A DNA stretch of 64,000 nucleotides from Felis catus (GCF_018350175.1 NC_058373.1:114020001-114084000); one strand, 5' to 3'. Positions 1 to 12,569 are shown, counted from the stretch's first letter. Notes: generated by a model from the letters alone, not told the origin. Made by a program: numbers and translations.

Positions 1-254
1 AGGGATGCTGCTGTGATGTACACCATTCTTAGGGCAATGATACTTTCTTTTCATATGTATTTTTATGTCTCTTAATAAATAAAGTAAATGAAAAAAAAGT
101 ATGTACAAAAAGAACTATTTAGTACTATTATTTAATAGTATTTAAATCAAACCAGTTTCTTTGGGATGAGTTCTGTGTACATGTTTCCTCATTACTGACA
201 AATCACCTAGTTGCTTGCCACTGCTTATTGATTACCCTAGGTACGTTGTATTTA

Positions 255-432
255 TCATCTTATTCAATCCTCAGAACTGCTTTCTCATTGCCGTTTCACA
301 GATGAGGTTAGAGGCCCAGAAAGGTTTAAATAGCCTATTCAAAGCCACATACCCAGTGAGTGGGAGAGTGAAGAATTTAACTCTGGTCTCTCTGTTTCCA
401 AACCCAGAGAGCTTTCCACTACACCACATTGC
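255..432 (-). mobile_element. MIR SINE remnant
   Basis: Reverse-complement MIR core (gtttcacagatgaggttagaggcccagaaaggtt...aagccacatacccagtgagtgg) running out to ctttccactacaccac. Confidence 0.75.
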
Positions 433-549
433 CCATCATATAGTCAGTGATAATAATGGCTTGGTTATTTGTATTTGCAAAACATCATTTATTGAACCTA
501 TAAATATTACTATCTTCTTTGTGTTTTGGAGAAAGGAAGGAAAGAACCA

Positions 550-715
550 ACATTTATTGGACACCTTATATATGTCAGATATAATCTTAGTCACACTCAC
601 ATACCAGACATGTTATGTTGTCCTCATTTTACACGTGAGAAAATGAAACTTAACAGAGAAATTGAGTTGCCCAGTGTCACAGCTCGCAAAGGAGTTAAGA
701 GTCAATCCCAGTGCT
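550..715 (-). mobile_element. MIR SINE remnant
   Basis: ctcattttacacgtgagaaaatgaaac...gttgcccagtgtcacagct matches the inverted MIR core. Confidence 0.7.
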
Positions 716-727
716 TCCCTTAGCAAA

Positions 728-848
728 TCTAAGCTCTATTGGAGCAGGGAGAGAGTCTGTTTTTAATCACTATTATCCCTAATGTCTGGTAGAACATCTG
801 ACTGTGGCACATAGTAGGTGCCCAAGAAAAATTTAATGCATGGATAAG
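728..848 (+). mobile_element. L2 LINE 3' end
   Basis: taagctc...gagcagggg...tctgttttt...cact...tggcacatagtaggtgcccaagaaa resembles the L2 3' terminus. Confidence 0.7.
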
Positions 849-2019
849 GATTGAACATGCTGTAAGCTGCAATTAAAATGCACCGAGCCTTGTGCTGTGC
901 TTTCTAGAGTATTCTAATGGCTGTTGGCATAATGCAGTGAGAAGGTTCTGGAAATGAATCGGTGAAAGCATGTATGTTTCTGATTGCAGAACCCCTGCTC
1001 TTCTCACAGCTGTGCAATCTCAGCGATGGAATTGCTTTTATATTTTTGGGAAAACCGAGGCACAAAAGTTACTTTGGCAAAGACTTTTGCAAGTCAGTGG
1101 ACAATTTGTGACACAACTGAAGTCTTGAGATTCTCACCTTTATTGCCCTAACTACTTAACAACCCTGCAGTCCCTGTGGGGTTATAGCTTTCTGTAAATC
1201 TGGTACTTAATCATTTAAAGGGATGGCAATTTATCTTAAATACGCACCTTATTATGGATGTGACACACTTAACACAGATGGTCTCAGAAGTTTTTCCTGG
1301 CTTCCCCTACCCTAACAGTATCTAGTATGTTAATGTCAATATTAGCTTTACTGTTTTAGGTAACTTTGGTATGCTTCTCATTAGCTGGAACCGTAAAGAG
1401 CTCAGTTTTACCTGCGCTGAGGGATCGCTAAATTCCTATTGGCATCTGAGTGCACAGTCCCATGTTGAAAGTGAGGTCATGTTTCTCCTGGATTGTGCCT
1501 GTATCTGATGAGCCTGGGCTGGCGTGAATCCGAGACAATGAAATAATCACAGCCATTAGCTCACCCGGGCCCTATTAAGATGCGGCCTGGCTTTCCACCC
1601 ATTTCTCCTGCCTGGAAAAACTGACACAGTCATGGTTTGTAAAGGTTAGCGGAGAAGGAACTGCTTCCACGACCGAAACGGCACCACCCTACTTAGACCT
1701 GGGACCACTCTGCTGCTTGATCTCAGGAAACGGCACTTCAGGAGCCGTGGTGAGAAGGGTTTTCTTTAATCTTCTTGTATGTGGTGGTAAAGTTGAATTT
1801 TCCTAACATGCTCTTTCTCCCATCCCACTTCTGTGGCTAGTGGGTCACTCTGGAGCAGTGGCTTCCAAACCCTTCACTGTTTACTGTATTTCTCTTTACG
1901 GGCCCACATTTTGAAGGTTTGGGCCTAGTAAACACACTGTAATGGTTCAGTAAGTATTCAGTGTTCTTGTTGACACCTGGTGTCACTATTGCTGGATCTT
2001 CTGCCTCTGATCTCCACCT

Positions 2020-2295
2020 ATGGTGCTCTCTCAGGGACGCCTTTCCCTACCTGGTGACCACTCCAGATATACCTCACAGAGTACCCTTGAGCTTACCCAC
2101 AGAGCTCTTTGCACAATTACAACTAATGATTTGTGTAACTGTTCGCTTGTCTGGGCTGTGAACTCTGTGAGGACAGGGACCACACCCATCTTGTTCAGAG
2201 CATGCCTTCTACACGACTATCTCCCCAGTGACTAAGTCTTTGCTTGACACACGGTGGGTACTCGAGAAACATTTGCTGAATGAATTAATGAATCA
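2020..2295 (+). mobile_element. L2 LINE 3' end
   Basis: ctgtgaactctgtgaggacagggacc...cttgttca...gacacacggtgggtactcgagaaacatttgctgaatgaattaatgaa, with a TGAA-type tail. Confidence 0.75.
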
Positions 2296-4261
2296 GTTGA
2301 TTTAATTCCAGTGAAAAAATGTTTTAAAAAATATCCCCTGTATTAGCTTGGAAAGCCCTATCCTATGTAAATTTGATGTGATTTTTGAACTGTTGACAAT
2401 AGCTTGAATGAAAATCACCAAGTTTAGAACGAAGGTTAACAATTGTTGGGAGAAAAGATAATGCCAGCGGGGAGGGATTATACAAGGGACTTTCAGAATA
2501 TTGACAATGTTCTTTTTCTTAAGCTAGAGGATTCCTAGAGATCCAGGGGCCCCAAACCTACTCATGAACTAGAGGGATGTGCCAAATAAGTCACCTGCTA
2601 TTTTTTCCATCCATACCCAAGGCAAAGGCCAAAGGGCCATGTAAGGATTTTATAAAAAGTGATGGTGTTTTTGAGGTGGACTTATGATGATATAGTTCTA
2701 TGGCTGTTTGCCTAACTGCCTTGAAAAATACCTATTTTTTCCTGTTTACCTCTTTGAAGACATGCAGAGCCACTAAAAACAAGCTATCTTGTCCCTCCTT
2801 TTGTATCTACTATTTCTTGAACCCATTTTACTTTTCTAAACCACCTGTTGAAACTAACTCAAATTAAAAACAAACAAAAAAAAACAGCCAATCACTCAGC
2901 AATGGTTATTTGAATACCCACCCACTGTGTGCTTTGTGTTATAAGCTGTAATTAGAAGGTCTTGAGTCTGGTCCTGAGCTCCCTGGGGACTTCTAGTGGC
3001 TATGGTCATGTAGGGATGAGAAATTGATCAGAGAATGATCTGATGTCAGGGCAAATTTTTATTCTCTCCTAATGATCTGATACCCTCCTGTGTGGCTCAC
3101 AATCTTTGGAAGTATCAGAGATACCTTGGAAAAGTCACAGCACTTGCCAACACAGTTGGGCAGGGACCCAACTGGGGTGACTTGTGCCGTATCGCTACTT
3201 GGCGTTCAGAGACCACCTGATACCGGAAGCTTGCTAGGCCCAACTCCAGAGGAATGTCAAGGGAGCAGGCCCAGTCAGCCCTCTCATCAGATTGTAATCA
3301 AGAGTTGCTTGATAAATCAGTAAAGCTGAAGATATTCTTGGCAGTTTAAATAGGCAGAGGTAAGAACATGCCTTCTGTAGTTTCAATGAGTTCATTATCC
3401 AAAGGCCAGAAGTGACCAAAATCATTGATTGGCTGATTAGACATAACCCAAGGGCCATAACGCTTCATAAGAGTCATTATGTGGCAATATTAATAAAGCA
3501 TAAGAGTCCAGCTCCAATTAGGAGAGAGAAGGCATCCAGGGAAATTGCAGGGTAAAGTCTGAGAAGGTAGATAGTATAGATATTACTGGTCCAAAATGGG
3601 AGGGTTTAATATATTATCGAGTTCTAAAAACAGATTCCTGGAAAACAGATTCCCCAAGTCTTTCCCAGCTTTCAGATAGGATGTAAAACTAGAGGCTGTA
3701 ACCTTTACTTGTGGTTGTCTAAAAATCTACCCTATTTTTCTTAGGAAGGGAAGCAGTTGCCTTAACACCTTGGCCAGATTCCCAACATGTACAGGGTGGC
3801 CCGTTTAAAACAGGCCTGTGGATGCTTCAGAGTGAGGAAAGGGGTTTGTTGTAAAGCATCATGTGTATGTGGGTGTTTAATGAATATGAGCTGATTAAAT
3901 TGGCCACCCTGAATTATAACCTCATACCTTCTGCAGTTCCTCTCCGGTTTTTAGCTTGAGACGATATTCTTCCTATTTTTTTGCCCGAACTTGTTAGGCA
4001 GAAATTCTACCACTATTAAAACTGCTTGTGTTTTCCACCCAGAGTTTCTTTGTTTTAATGGTGAGCAAAAGAATCCAGCCGTGGAAATACCTCTCTTACA
4101 AACTGTCTCACCCAGCTGCAGTGATGTCCTACATTGGCCACACCCACATCACCTCCCCTTCAAAACTTCACCTCCATCTGCTTCCCTGTCTCCGGGCTAA
4201 CACAATACCAGTATCTGTCTGGAGCAGATAGCGTGAGCTCTGCCACAAACAGAGGAGGCCT

Positions 4262-4410
4262 TGTCTAAAGATGGAAAGAGCTCTGCTGTAGAAATCAGGC
4301 GACCTGGGCTTATAGCTCGCTTTTGCTAATAGCCGTGCGAGTGGCTTAGGAGAGTCACTTTGTCTTCAGAGGCCCTGAGTTCCTTCATCCATAAAAAGAG
4401 TGGGTGAGAC
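4262..4410 (+). mobile_element. MIR-family remnant
   Basis: ggaaagagc...gaaatcaggcgacctggg...agtcactt...ctgagttccttcatccataaaa follows MIR head and core order. Confidence 0.6.
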
Positions 4411-4416
4411 AAAAGT

Positions 4417-4701
4417 CAATATTTCTCAAAGTAAGGGCTGTGGGTATTTGGGGTGTGCATATTCTATGGGATTTTACATTCTTTATGTTTTTACTTGAAA
4501 GATGCCATAAAGACAGTACTTATCGATTAAAAGACATTTTCAAAAAGTGAATCTTAAGTTTCTTAAGTTGATTCTGAAACCTGGTCTAAGGTTGCCTAGG
4601 TGCTAAGTTCTCCTGGAGGTTTTTAAATGTGTTTTGGATGTCTCAAATAATTTTTCCCCTTCCAGAGGAGTCCATATATCACTCTAGTTTGAGAAACACT
4701 G
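4417..4701. mobile_element. hAT-Charlie-type non-autonomous DNA transposon fossil
   Basis: Terminal inverted repeats caatatttctcaaagt (4417-4432) and agtttgagaaacactg (4686-4701); family not resolved. Confidence 0.55.
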
Positions 4702-5094
4702 GACTGTTGCCATATGCTCATAAACTGGATATAAAGGTGGGACAAAATATTCACTTTAACTTTCTTATCCTCATCCTGCTTGACCCTAATTGGTTTGGGA
4801 CCACCCCAATATGTTGACGTCTGTTAGCGTATGGGCTTCTTTTGTTTCCATAATGGAAATATTCCCTGTTTTCAATCACTATGTATGAATTTATACAGAG
4901 CACATTTCTGCCAATAGCTACTTATCTTCTGCTTTAAGACCAGGATGGTTTAATTTACTGGTGACTGATCTCATTGAACCCACCTTCCTCTACAAAGGCT
5001 TCTTCTGTGTTGGTTGAAATTAAGGGCTGAGCTACTCTTGTCAGTAACCTCAAGACTGAGGAGTCACCACAGTAGTGTATGTCTGCATTCCACT

Positions 5095-5200
5095 TTCATA
5101 TCCATTACCTCTTGTGATTCTCACTGTGGTCTTGTGGGATCAGTGAAGCAGGTAGCTTGATGCCCATTTCACAGATGAGGACACTCAGACTCAGAGGGGT
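5095..5200 (-). mobile_element. MIR remnant
   Basis: tgcccatttcacagatgaggacactcagactcagagggg inverted MIR core. Confidence 0.7.
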
Positions 5201-5429
5201 GCCTTGTGTCTCCTGACTCGGTTTATGTGTTCTTTCCAACAATGCGTCTTCATCCAATAACAGCAACAAATATATATTGGGTAGCTACTTGCCATCTTGT
5301 GTTGTTCCACTGTTATTTGTTCTAGGAAATCATAAGTGGAGCTTCTCACTCAAGGACAGACTGACATTGCCAGGCTTGCTCAGCCTGACAGCAGTCACAT
5401 GCCATTGTTTACCAAAAGACCTAAAGCCA

Positions 5430-5508
5430 GTCTCACCCAGCTCAGTTCCTGGTACACAGAAGTTACTCAATAAATATTTATTGGATGAGAGTGACTGAAT
5501 GAATAAAT
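5430..5508 (+). mobile_element. L2 3' terminus
   Basis: cagttcctggtacacagaagttactcaataaatatttattggatgagagtgactgaatgaat. Confidence 0.7.
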
Positions 5509-7329
5509 CTAAAAAAAAATTTTTCTTCTGATAAAAATTTATACATCAGAGATAGTTTTTGCTGCACACATTTTTGCCAACATTTTTTCAAGCTTGAAGT
5601 CAACAGGATTTGCTCCAAACCTGCTAAGTACTTTAAGGGAGAAAAGGGAGGCCAGCAGAGAAAATCCCCTTTCTGGCTTTATTTACCATCCTGTCTCTGA
5701 TCCATTTCCTAGGCCTCAGAAATGGGAGATGGTGTCACTTGGTCTGCCCGGAGGTAACTGAAATACTCACCATCACCATAGGGAGAGGAGAGAAATGCGG
5801 GAGGTGTGTGAAACATAAGTGGAAAGGCAGATAAATGTAACCAAGCCGGAAGGTTAGAATGGAGGGCAGAAGAGCTGGTGGGAGGACCGTTTCTGTGGTG
5901 AGGATATGTCTAAATGGGAAGGGAAGAGATGTTTTGCCTGCGTCTCCCATAGTGTGGTTTGGCTACTTTTCCTTTATGTCCCAAGGGAACTATTAGTGAC
6001 CAGGGACATCACATTTTTAATCAAGACCACTCTTGCTGGGCTGGTGAGCTGGGCTCCCACGGGTGTGGTGAAGTTATACCAGTGAAGAGAGAGGCTGCTA
6101 GTCACAAAGGGATCTACTCACCCCTTTCCGCTCTTGGTCACTGCTGTGGTATCTATAAACATATAGTGTGTACTCACATACTCATAAATGCTAGTTATTG
6201 TCGTATGATTGCATTGTCTACGAAAGTGGATTGCCTGGAAAAAGTGATTCCACTTCATTTTTATACACTCGTTGTCCCTGGAACCACTTCCTGAAATTCC
6301 AGGCTTTTATTTTGCTGTCATTCTCTTAAATTGCCTCTTTTCTCAAAGCCCCAGGGTTCTGGAGACATTCTTTGCTTAAAGTGGGCTTCTAAGCAGCCTC
6401 TGGAAACCATGGAGCATTGTCTGGCTCCACTTGGCCAACGAGGAAGCTACCTTCCCTCTCAATTATTCCTCTCTGACAGGGGTTTTCAGTCATCTCGAAA
6501 AGCTGAGAATGTGAGGGGACCAAAGTGAAATTGCAGCGCACATTCACTCAGCCAAACTGAAACACACATGATTAACTGACCACACACATGGTCTCAGAAT
6601 GACATCTCACTTGGGGAGCAAAAGCCAGGGATTGTGGTTAGTGCCCCGCAGAACCCAGATGGTTGGAGTTAACATACACCTATGCTTTCTGCCAGGTAGT
6701 TTTCATCAGTTTCCTCAGGATGTCAGTGTGTGTGTATAATTAAGAGTATTTAATCATATTATAATTCCCCATGGAGAGATGGGGTGGGGGATGGAGCAGG
6801 GATCATTGGCTTTTACAGTCTCAGTGAGAGTCAGCCGTTGAAAAACCAACAGAGAAAAGCCATGTCTCTGGGCTGTGTCTGTGCCATAACTCAGTCAGGA
6901 GTCAGGCTGGCACCCCCTCCCACTCCAGGGTCACTTCAGTGAAAATGTTATCCCAGATCTTTTGTTGCCATCTGAGGCTTCTCAGCTCTGGGTTAGAATA
7001 CTTAAATTGCAGGAAGAAAACTGTTCTAATTCTCCCTCCATCAAGGCCGTGCTTTGTGTAAACCCACGTAAGGCAACCTTCAGGTTGAAAGAGTAGTGGC
7101 TTCAGTCTTGTCAAATAAATGAGCTGAGCATTTCCATCACTTTAAGTTAGAGCTGATCACTAGGGGGAGTTTAATTGGCACTAATTGATAGGCTTCTAAA
7201 CTAAAGGAGCAGAATCTAAACGATGAAATCATTTTTTTGTTTATTCTGAAATCCTCACTTTTCCCAATTTCCCTATATATTCTCTTTTCTTCATCCCATC
7301 AGTTGCCAGATTTAGCTGCTAGAATCGAT

Positions 7330-7445
7330 CTCTTACTTTAGATGAAGAAACCAAGTGGCACTGACAGCAAGTGACTTTTCAGAATTGCACAGCTAGTTAG
7401 CTAGTTGGAATCAGGGATCACCAGAATTCCAGTCCTTCCACTTTA
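7330..7445 (-). mobile_element. MIR remnant
   Basis: tttagatgaagaaaccaag...aagtgacttttcagaattgcacagctagttag. Confidence 0.6.
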
Positions 7446-7880
7446 CCAGGTAGTCATCTTTGGGAAATAGATTTTTACCCTTTTCTTAGAAGAATTTTAC
7501 TAATGTGAGCCTCACTCGAAAGCAAGACTGATTTCTTTCCTAATTCCCCTACATTGATCTGATAAATTTCTGTTTAAGAGCCATATAGTAGAATTTTCCT
7601 CTAATTAGGTTCTAAAACCATTCTTCATCCATTCACTGAAAGAATAGCTATTGCAGAGGACACTACGTCAGGCACCTGCTAATTCTGGATGAAAGCACAG
7701 AACCTTCCCACAGAGAATACTTAAAGAGTATTAAGTTCTACTCAGTATAATTGACTTGCTCACCAAATGCTAGTGAAATTAAGATTTTGAGGTTATATTC
7801 CCTTATCTGACTTTAACTTGGGCCAGCCGTCTCACTGATTGGACCCTTACAAAAATATCCTGGTTACTCTAAAAACCACT

Positions 7881-8286
7881 AGAGTTCCTCAAAAAATTAA
7901 AAATATAAATACCATACAATCCATTAATTCCATTTCTGGGCATTTATCCAAAGAAAATGAAAACACTAATTCAAGACGATGCATGCACCCCTATGTTTAT
8001 TGCAGCATTATTTACAATAGCCGAGATATGGAAGCAACCTAACTATCCATTAATAGATGAAGGGATAAAGAGGATGCAGTATATGTTTACAATGGAATAT
8101 TATTTGGCCATAAAAAAGAACGAGATCTGGGGCACCTGGGTGGCTCAGTCAGTTGAGCGCCTGACTTCGGCTCAGGTCATGATCTCACAGTCTGTGAGTT
8201 CAAGCCCCATGTTGGGCTCTGTGCTGACAGCTCAGAGCCTGGAGCCTCCTTCAGATTCTGTGTCTCCTCTCTCTGCCCCCACCCCT

Positions 8287-8340
<54 letters not shown>

Positions 8341-8826
8341 AATAAATAAACATTAAAAAAAAAGAATAAGGTCTTGTCATGTGTGACATCATGGATGGAC
8401 CTAAAGGGTGTTATGCTAAGTGAAATAAGTCAGACAGAGAAAGAGAATTATCATATGATTTCACTTATATGTGAAATCTAAACCACAAAACCAAACAAAT
8501 GAACAAAAAAAGCAGAAACACACCTATAAGTACAGAGAACAAACTGAGAGTTACCAGAGGGGAGAGGTTGGCAGATGGGCAAAATGGGTGAAGGGGATTG
8601 GGAGTATGAGCTTCCAGTCATGGACTGAATAGGTCAGAGAGATGAAAGGTACAGTATAGGGAACATGGTATTATCAATGGTATTGTAATAGTATTTCATG
8701 GTGACAGATGGTAGCCACGCTTGTGAGCAGACCGTAATGTGTAGAGTTGGTGTAGAGCAGTTGAATCACCATGCTGTACACCTGAAACTACTGTAGTGTT
8801 GTACGTCAACCATACTTTAATTAAAA
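7881..8826 (+). mobile_element. 5'-truncated L1 (end of ORF2 plus 3' UTR), interrupted by a CAN-SINE
   Basis: Translates to CTPMFIAALFTIAEIWKQP...MEYYLAIKKNEI (L1 ORF2p C-terminus), resumes after the SINE with atggatggacctaaaggg...tatgctaagtgaaataagtcag and a typical 3' UTR ending tgtacacctgaaact...catactttaattaaaa. Confidence 0.92.
8129..8363 (+). mobile_element. CAN-SINE (SINEC_Fc type) nested in L1
   Basis: ggggcacctgggtggctcag head, (CT)n tract, aaaaataaataaa tail; degenerate TSD aaaaaagaacgagatct / aaaaaagaataaggtct. Confidence 0.97.
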
Positions 8827-8834
8827 CACGCATA

Positions 8835-9040
8835 GGGGCGCCTGGATGGCTCAGTCGGTGAAGCGTCCGACTTTAGCTCAGGTCATGATATCACAGTTCG
8901 TGAGTTCGAGTCCTGCGTCGGGCTCTGTGCTGACAGCTTGGAGACTGTTTCGGATTCTGTGTCTCCCTCTCTCTCTGCCCCTCCCCTGTTCATGCTCTGT
9001 CTCTCTCTGTCTCAAAAATAAATAAACGTTAAAAAAAAAA
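8835..9040 (+). mobile_element. CAN-SINE (SINEC_Fc type) at the L1 tail
   Basis: ggggcgcctggatggctcag head to poly(A); TSD-like aaaacacgcata / aaaaccacgcaca. Confidence 0.97.
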
Positions 9041-9597
9041 CCACGCACACACACACACTTCAACGACATATTCTACTGACGGTATGCTGATAGCTTCCTG
9101 GGATATGAAGGTAGCATGTTAAAAGCTGAAAGGACTCCTGGAGACAAGTGAAAAAAAACAACCCTCTTGTTAAATCATTAGCACAGTGTCACATGGCTTC
9201 TTTTTTTGGCCCAACTGGGCCAGCTCTGTTGGTCTCTAGACTCACACCACTGTATTTTCTGATACCAGATGGCCTTCTTTATATTTATTTATTCTTTTAG
9301 TTTTCTCTGATTCCTCTTTTTAGATAAGAAACCACAACTGGAAAAAATCAATTGATTTTTAATTTGCTCTTAAATTTCCCGTCACTGGAGGCAACCAATG
9401 CCTCTTGTCATTTGGTAGTAATTCACCTTCAGCATTTTAATCTCTCTGGATACTTATGAGTTGGAGTCTTATTAAACAAGTTAAAAATACATTTTCTGAG
9501 CTAATTATTTAACTTTTCAAAGTATCAACCATAAGACTATAACATTCTCATTCATGCTTTTTCAGAATTTTTCGTCTAACCATGTGGACTAGTATAC

Positions 9598-9801
9598 CAG
9601 TTGTTCTCAACCCAGGATGATATTGCCCCCCAGGGGACATCTGGCAACTTCTGAAGTCATTTTGGCTGTCACAACTGGAAGGAAATCCTAATGGGTCCAC
9701 CCAGGGATACTGCTAAACATCCTACGATGCACAAGACAATTCCCACAATCGAGACTTATCCAACCCAAAATGTCAACAGTGCCTAGGCCGAAAAAACCCT
9801 G
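9598..9801 (+). mobile_element. MER20 (hAT-Charlie)
   Basis: cagttgttctcaacc...ttgccccccaggggacatctggcaa...ctgctaaacatcctacgatgcac...cccaaaatgtcaacagtgcc...aaaccctg; near full length with both termini. Confidence 0.9.
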
Positions 9802-10502
9802 TGGTGTATAATACAGATATACATGGAGTAAATGTAACTGAACTAGATGCTGATCATTTATCAGTTTCACTTCTTCAGGATATTCTCCTCTTTTAACAAG
9901 GAGGTTGTGCCTCGTTACTTCCCATGGAAGACAGCTGACCCTTAGGTTTGGAAAGTGTGTTCCACAGTGAAATTCTACTTCCAAGAAGGTCATAGTTAGT
10001 TTCCTCAGAATGTTACTCTCTGCACCCACTGTTTAAGGTCTCCACCAGTATATTTTGCTGCCCTTATTATCAGGCATATGATTGGGGATAGAATATCAGT
10101 ATTTCCCCAGACATCGTTTCATCTAAAGTTGACCCTACCAGCTGGTAAGCTGCAGATTCTTACAAATGATCACTTGTACTCTCTGTTAAGTCCTAAGGTC
10201 CGTTCTAAGATGGCAGAGGTGGGGAGGTAGCCCCTGAGAGGGTCACTGGGTGGGAAGTTTGGGATTGTGGGTAGGAGTACTTTCTGCTTACAAGCTTCTT
10301 TTGCAATATCCCTATTTAGGTATACAGTCTATTCATTGACCGCTTAAATTTCTTCTCATGAGTTAGCTTTTCATTTTGCAAAAGTAAAACTCATTTCTGT
10401 CAATGAAATTTAGCTTTTTTTTTTAAGTGTCTTATTACCTTATTGAATGAAGTAACTAAGAATAGGGAGGAAAAAATTTTACCAAAATGCATAAATCAAG
10501 GA

Positions 10503-10706
10503 TTTTTTTAAATTTGTTATATTTTATATTTGCAAGAGAGAGAGAGAGAGCAGGGAAGGGGCAGAGAGACAGAGACAGACTCTGAGACAGGCTCCAGACT
10601 CCATGCTGTCAACACAGAGCCCAATGGGGGGCTCGAACCCACGGGAAGTTGAGATCATGACCTGAGTTGAAGTCGCACACTTAACTGACTGCCACCCAGG
10701 CACCCC
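10503..10706 (-). mobile_element. CAN-SINE
   Basis: Inverted SINEC ending gccacccaggcacccc. Confidence 0.95.
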
Positions 10707-10711
10707 AAGGA

Positions 10712-10926
10712 TTTTTTTAAATGTTTATTTATTTTTGAGAGAGAGAGAGAGAAACAGAGTGTGAATGGGGATGGGGCGGAAAGAGACGGAGACACAGAAT
10801 CTGAAGCAGGCTCCAGGCTCTGAGCTGTCAGCACAGAGCCTGATGCAGGACTCGAACCCACAAGCTGTGAAATCATGACTTGAGCCAAAGTTGAACACTT
10901 AACCAACTGAGCCACCCAGGTACCCC
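10712..10926 (-). mobile_element. CAN-SINE (SINEC_Fc type)
   Basis: Inverted SINEC; outer TSD ataaatcaaggatttttt / ataaaatcaaggatttttt encloses this and the previous copy. Confidence 0.97.
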
Positions 10927-11082
10927 TATAAAATCAAGGATTTTTTAAACTTATTTTTCTTCCTGAAAGTCTTCTGTTTTTTACATGGTGGAATTTTATT
11001 ATTAAAGATGTTAGTATAAAAAATGAACCAATTCTCAAAGTTAGGAGGCAGGATTGTCCAGTATGATTCTGTCCCGGGTGGT

Positions 11083-11303
11083 CTTTTTCTTTTTTTTTTT
11101 TAATGTTTATTTATTATTTTTGAGAGAGAGACAGAGTGCGAGCAGGGGAGGAACAGAGAGAGAGGGAGACACAGAATCTAAGGCAGGCTCCAGTCTCTGA
11201 GCTGTCCGCACAAAGCCCTACGCGGGGCTCAAACTCACGAACTGTGAGGTCATGACCTGAGCTGCAGTTGGACTCTTAACCAATTGAGCCACCCAGGTGC
11301 CCC
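11083..11303 (-). mobile_element. CAN-SINE (SINEC_Fc type)
   Basis: poly(T) then inverted body to gccacccaggtgcccc; degenerate TSD ccgggtggtctt / tcaggtagtctt. Confidence 0.97.
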
Positions 11304-12569
11304 TCAGGTAGTCTTCATACCAAGGGAGTCTCCAAGCCACTGGCACCCTAATGACACCTGCAAACAATAACCACTGTGAAAGAAGTGGAGGGACCTTAAA
11401 AGAGGAACAGGTTGCTACATAACATGTAAAGCAGTTGTTTGTCTCCCAACGTGGCAAGGTGGGCATGTCTGGTCTAAGTGTGCATTAACATCACTTATCA
11501 CATGCTGTAAACACCTATGAAGGAAACTGTTCCCCAGTCTATTGATCTGACTAAAGGAAACTTGTTTTGGGGTCAGAATAAAAGTTCTCTCCTTATTTTC
11601 ATCCTCAGGTTGCAAGTCATACCCCTTTTTAGCATTCTTATATGCAACTGTTTACCTTTTAAGCAATTGTTCTGAAGAATTATATCATAAGCATAAAATA
11701 ACGAGAACTCAATAAAAGTAACTTTGCATTTCCTTTGGAACCAGGGGTCGGTATCTCTCCAAAGCTGTCTGAAAGATCTCATCACTACTACACCCCGATT
11801 GTGAGTGTCAGTTGTGTCTAGAAAGTAGCATACAGCCCCTCTTCATGTGGGATGATTTCCCTGTTACCTTGGCCTTCTGGGATGGATGGAGAGGACTGGG
11901 CAGGGTTAGGCAGCATGAAGACAGAGGAGAAGCTTGTGGGAGTGCACTGCAAACAGAGACGGGCGAGTTAAGTTACTACAATTGCCATCTGTCTCTGTTT
12001 TGCTAACTCATTAGCTCGGACGCCACATTGTGTTAATCCCCACTTCCCCTGGCTATGGGCTTGATCCAGATCTCAAGGGAACAGTGGGACGGCTCAGCCT
12101 GACTCTCCTGTCAGCTGGGCCACGGCCACTCTGCATCAGGCAGCGTGCCAGGTCTGCCACCCTTCCCGGTTACATCACACGGAGCTGAGGCTTCCCAGCC
12201 CCCACAACAGAAATGTAAGCCTCCAGACTTAGCTCACTCTTCCAAAGACTCTAGTCAATGCGATAGGTTTTGGCCTTTCCTCCCTAGCACCCCCTCCCCT
12301 CCTACCACCCCCTCCAGGCAATAGGCAGTTTCACAGACTGACTATCTTGGAAGTTGGAGGTCACTGTACAACCAACTAAACGCTCCTCTGTGCTTTCTGT
12401 GTCTCTCAGAAGAACCCATTGGGCAGTTAAGAAAACAAGGCCTAATTTGTCCCCCAGGACTGTCTCCCCCAGGAGGACATGTCTTACTACTGGTCCTAGT
12501 GTAGGATTAAGAGTATCCAACAATGACACTTACGGTACTTTCTGGGAGTACTTGTTCAGGAATGTCACT

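Noticed and set aside
3291..3359. 69-nt exon-like unit (catcAG ... GAG|gtaaga)
   Set aside because: Stops in all three frames and a weak pyrimidine tract
7957..8349. 130-aa ORF as a host gene
   Set aside because: L1 ORF2 remnant fused to SINE and (CT)n translation
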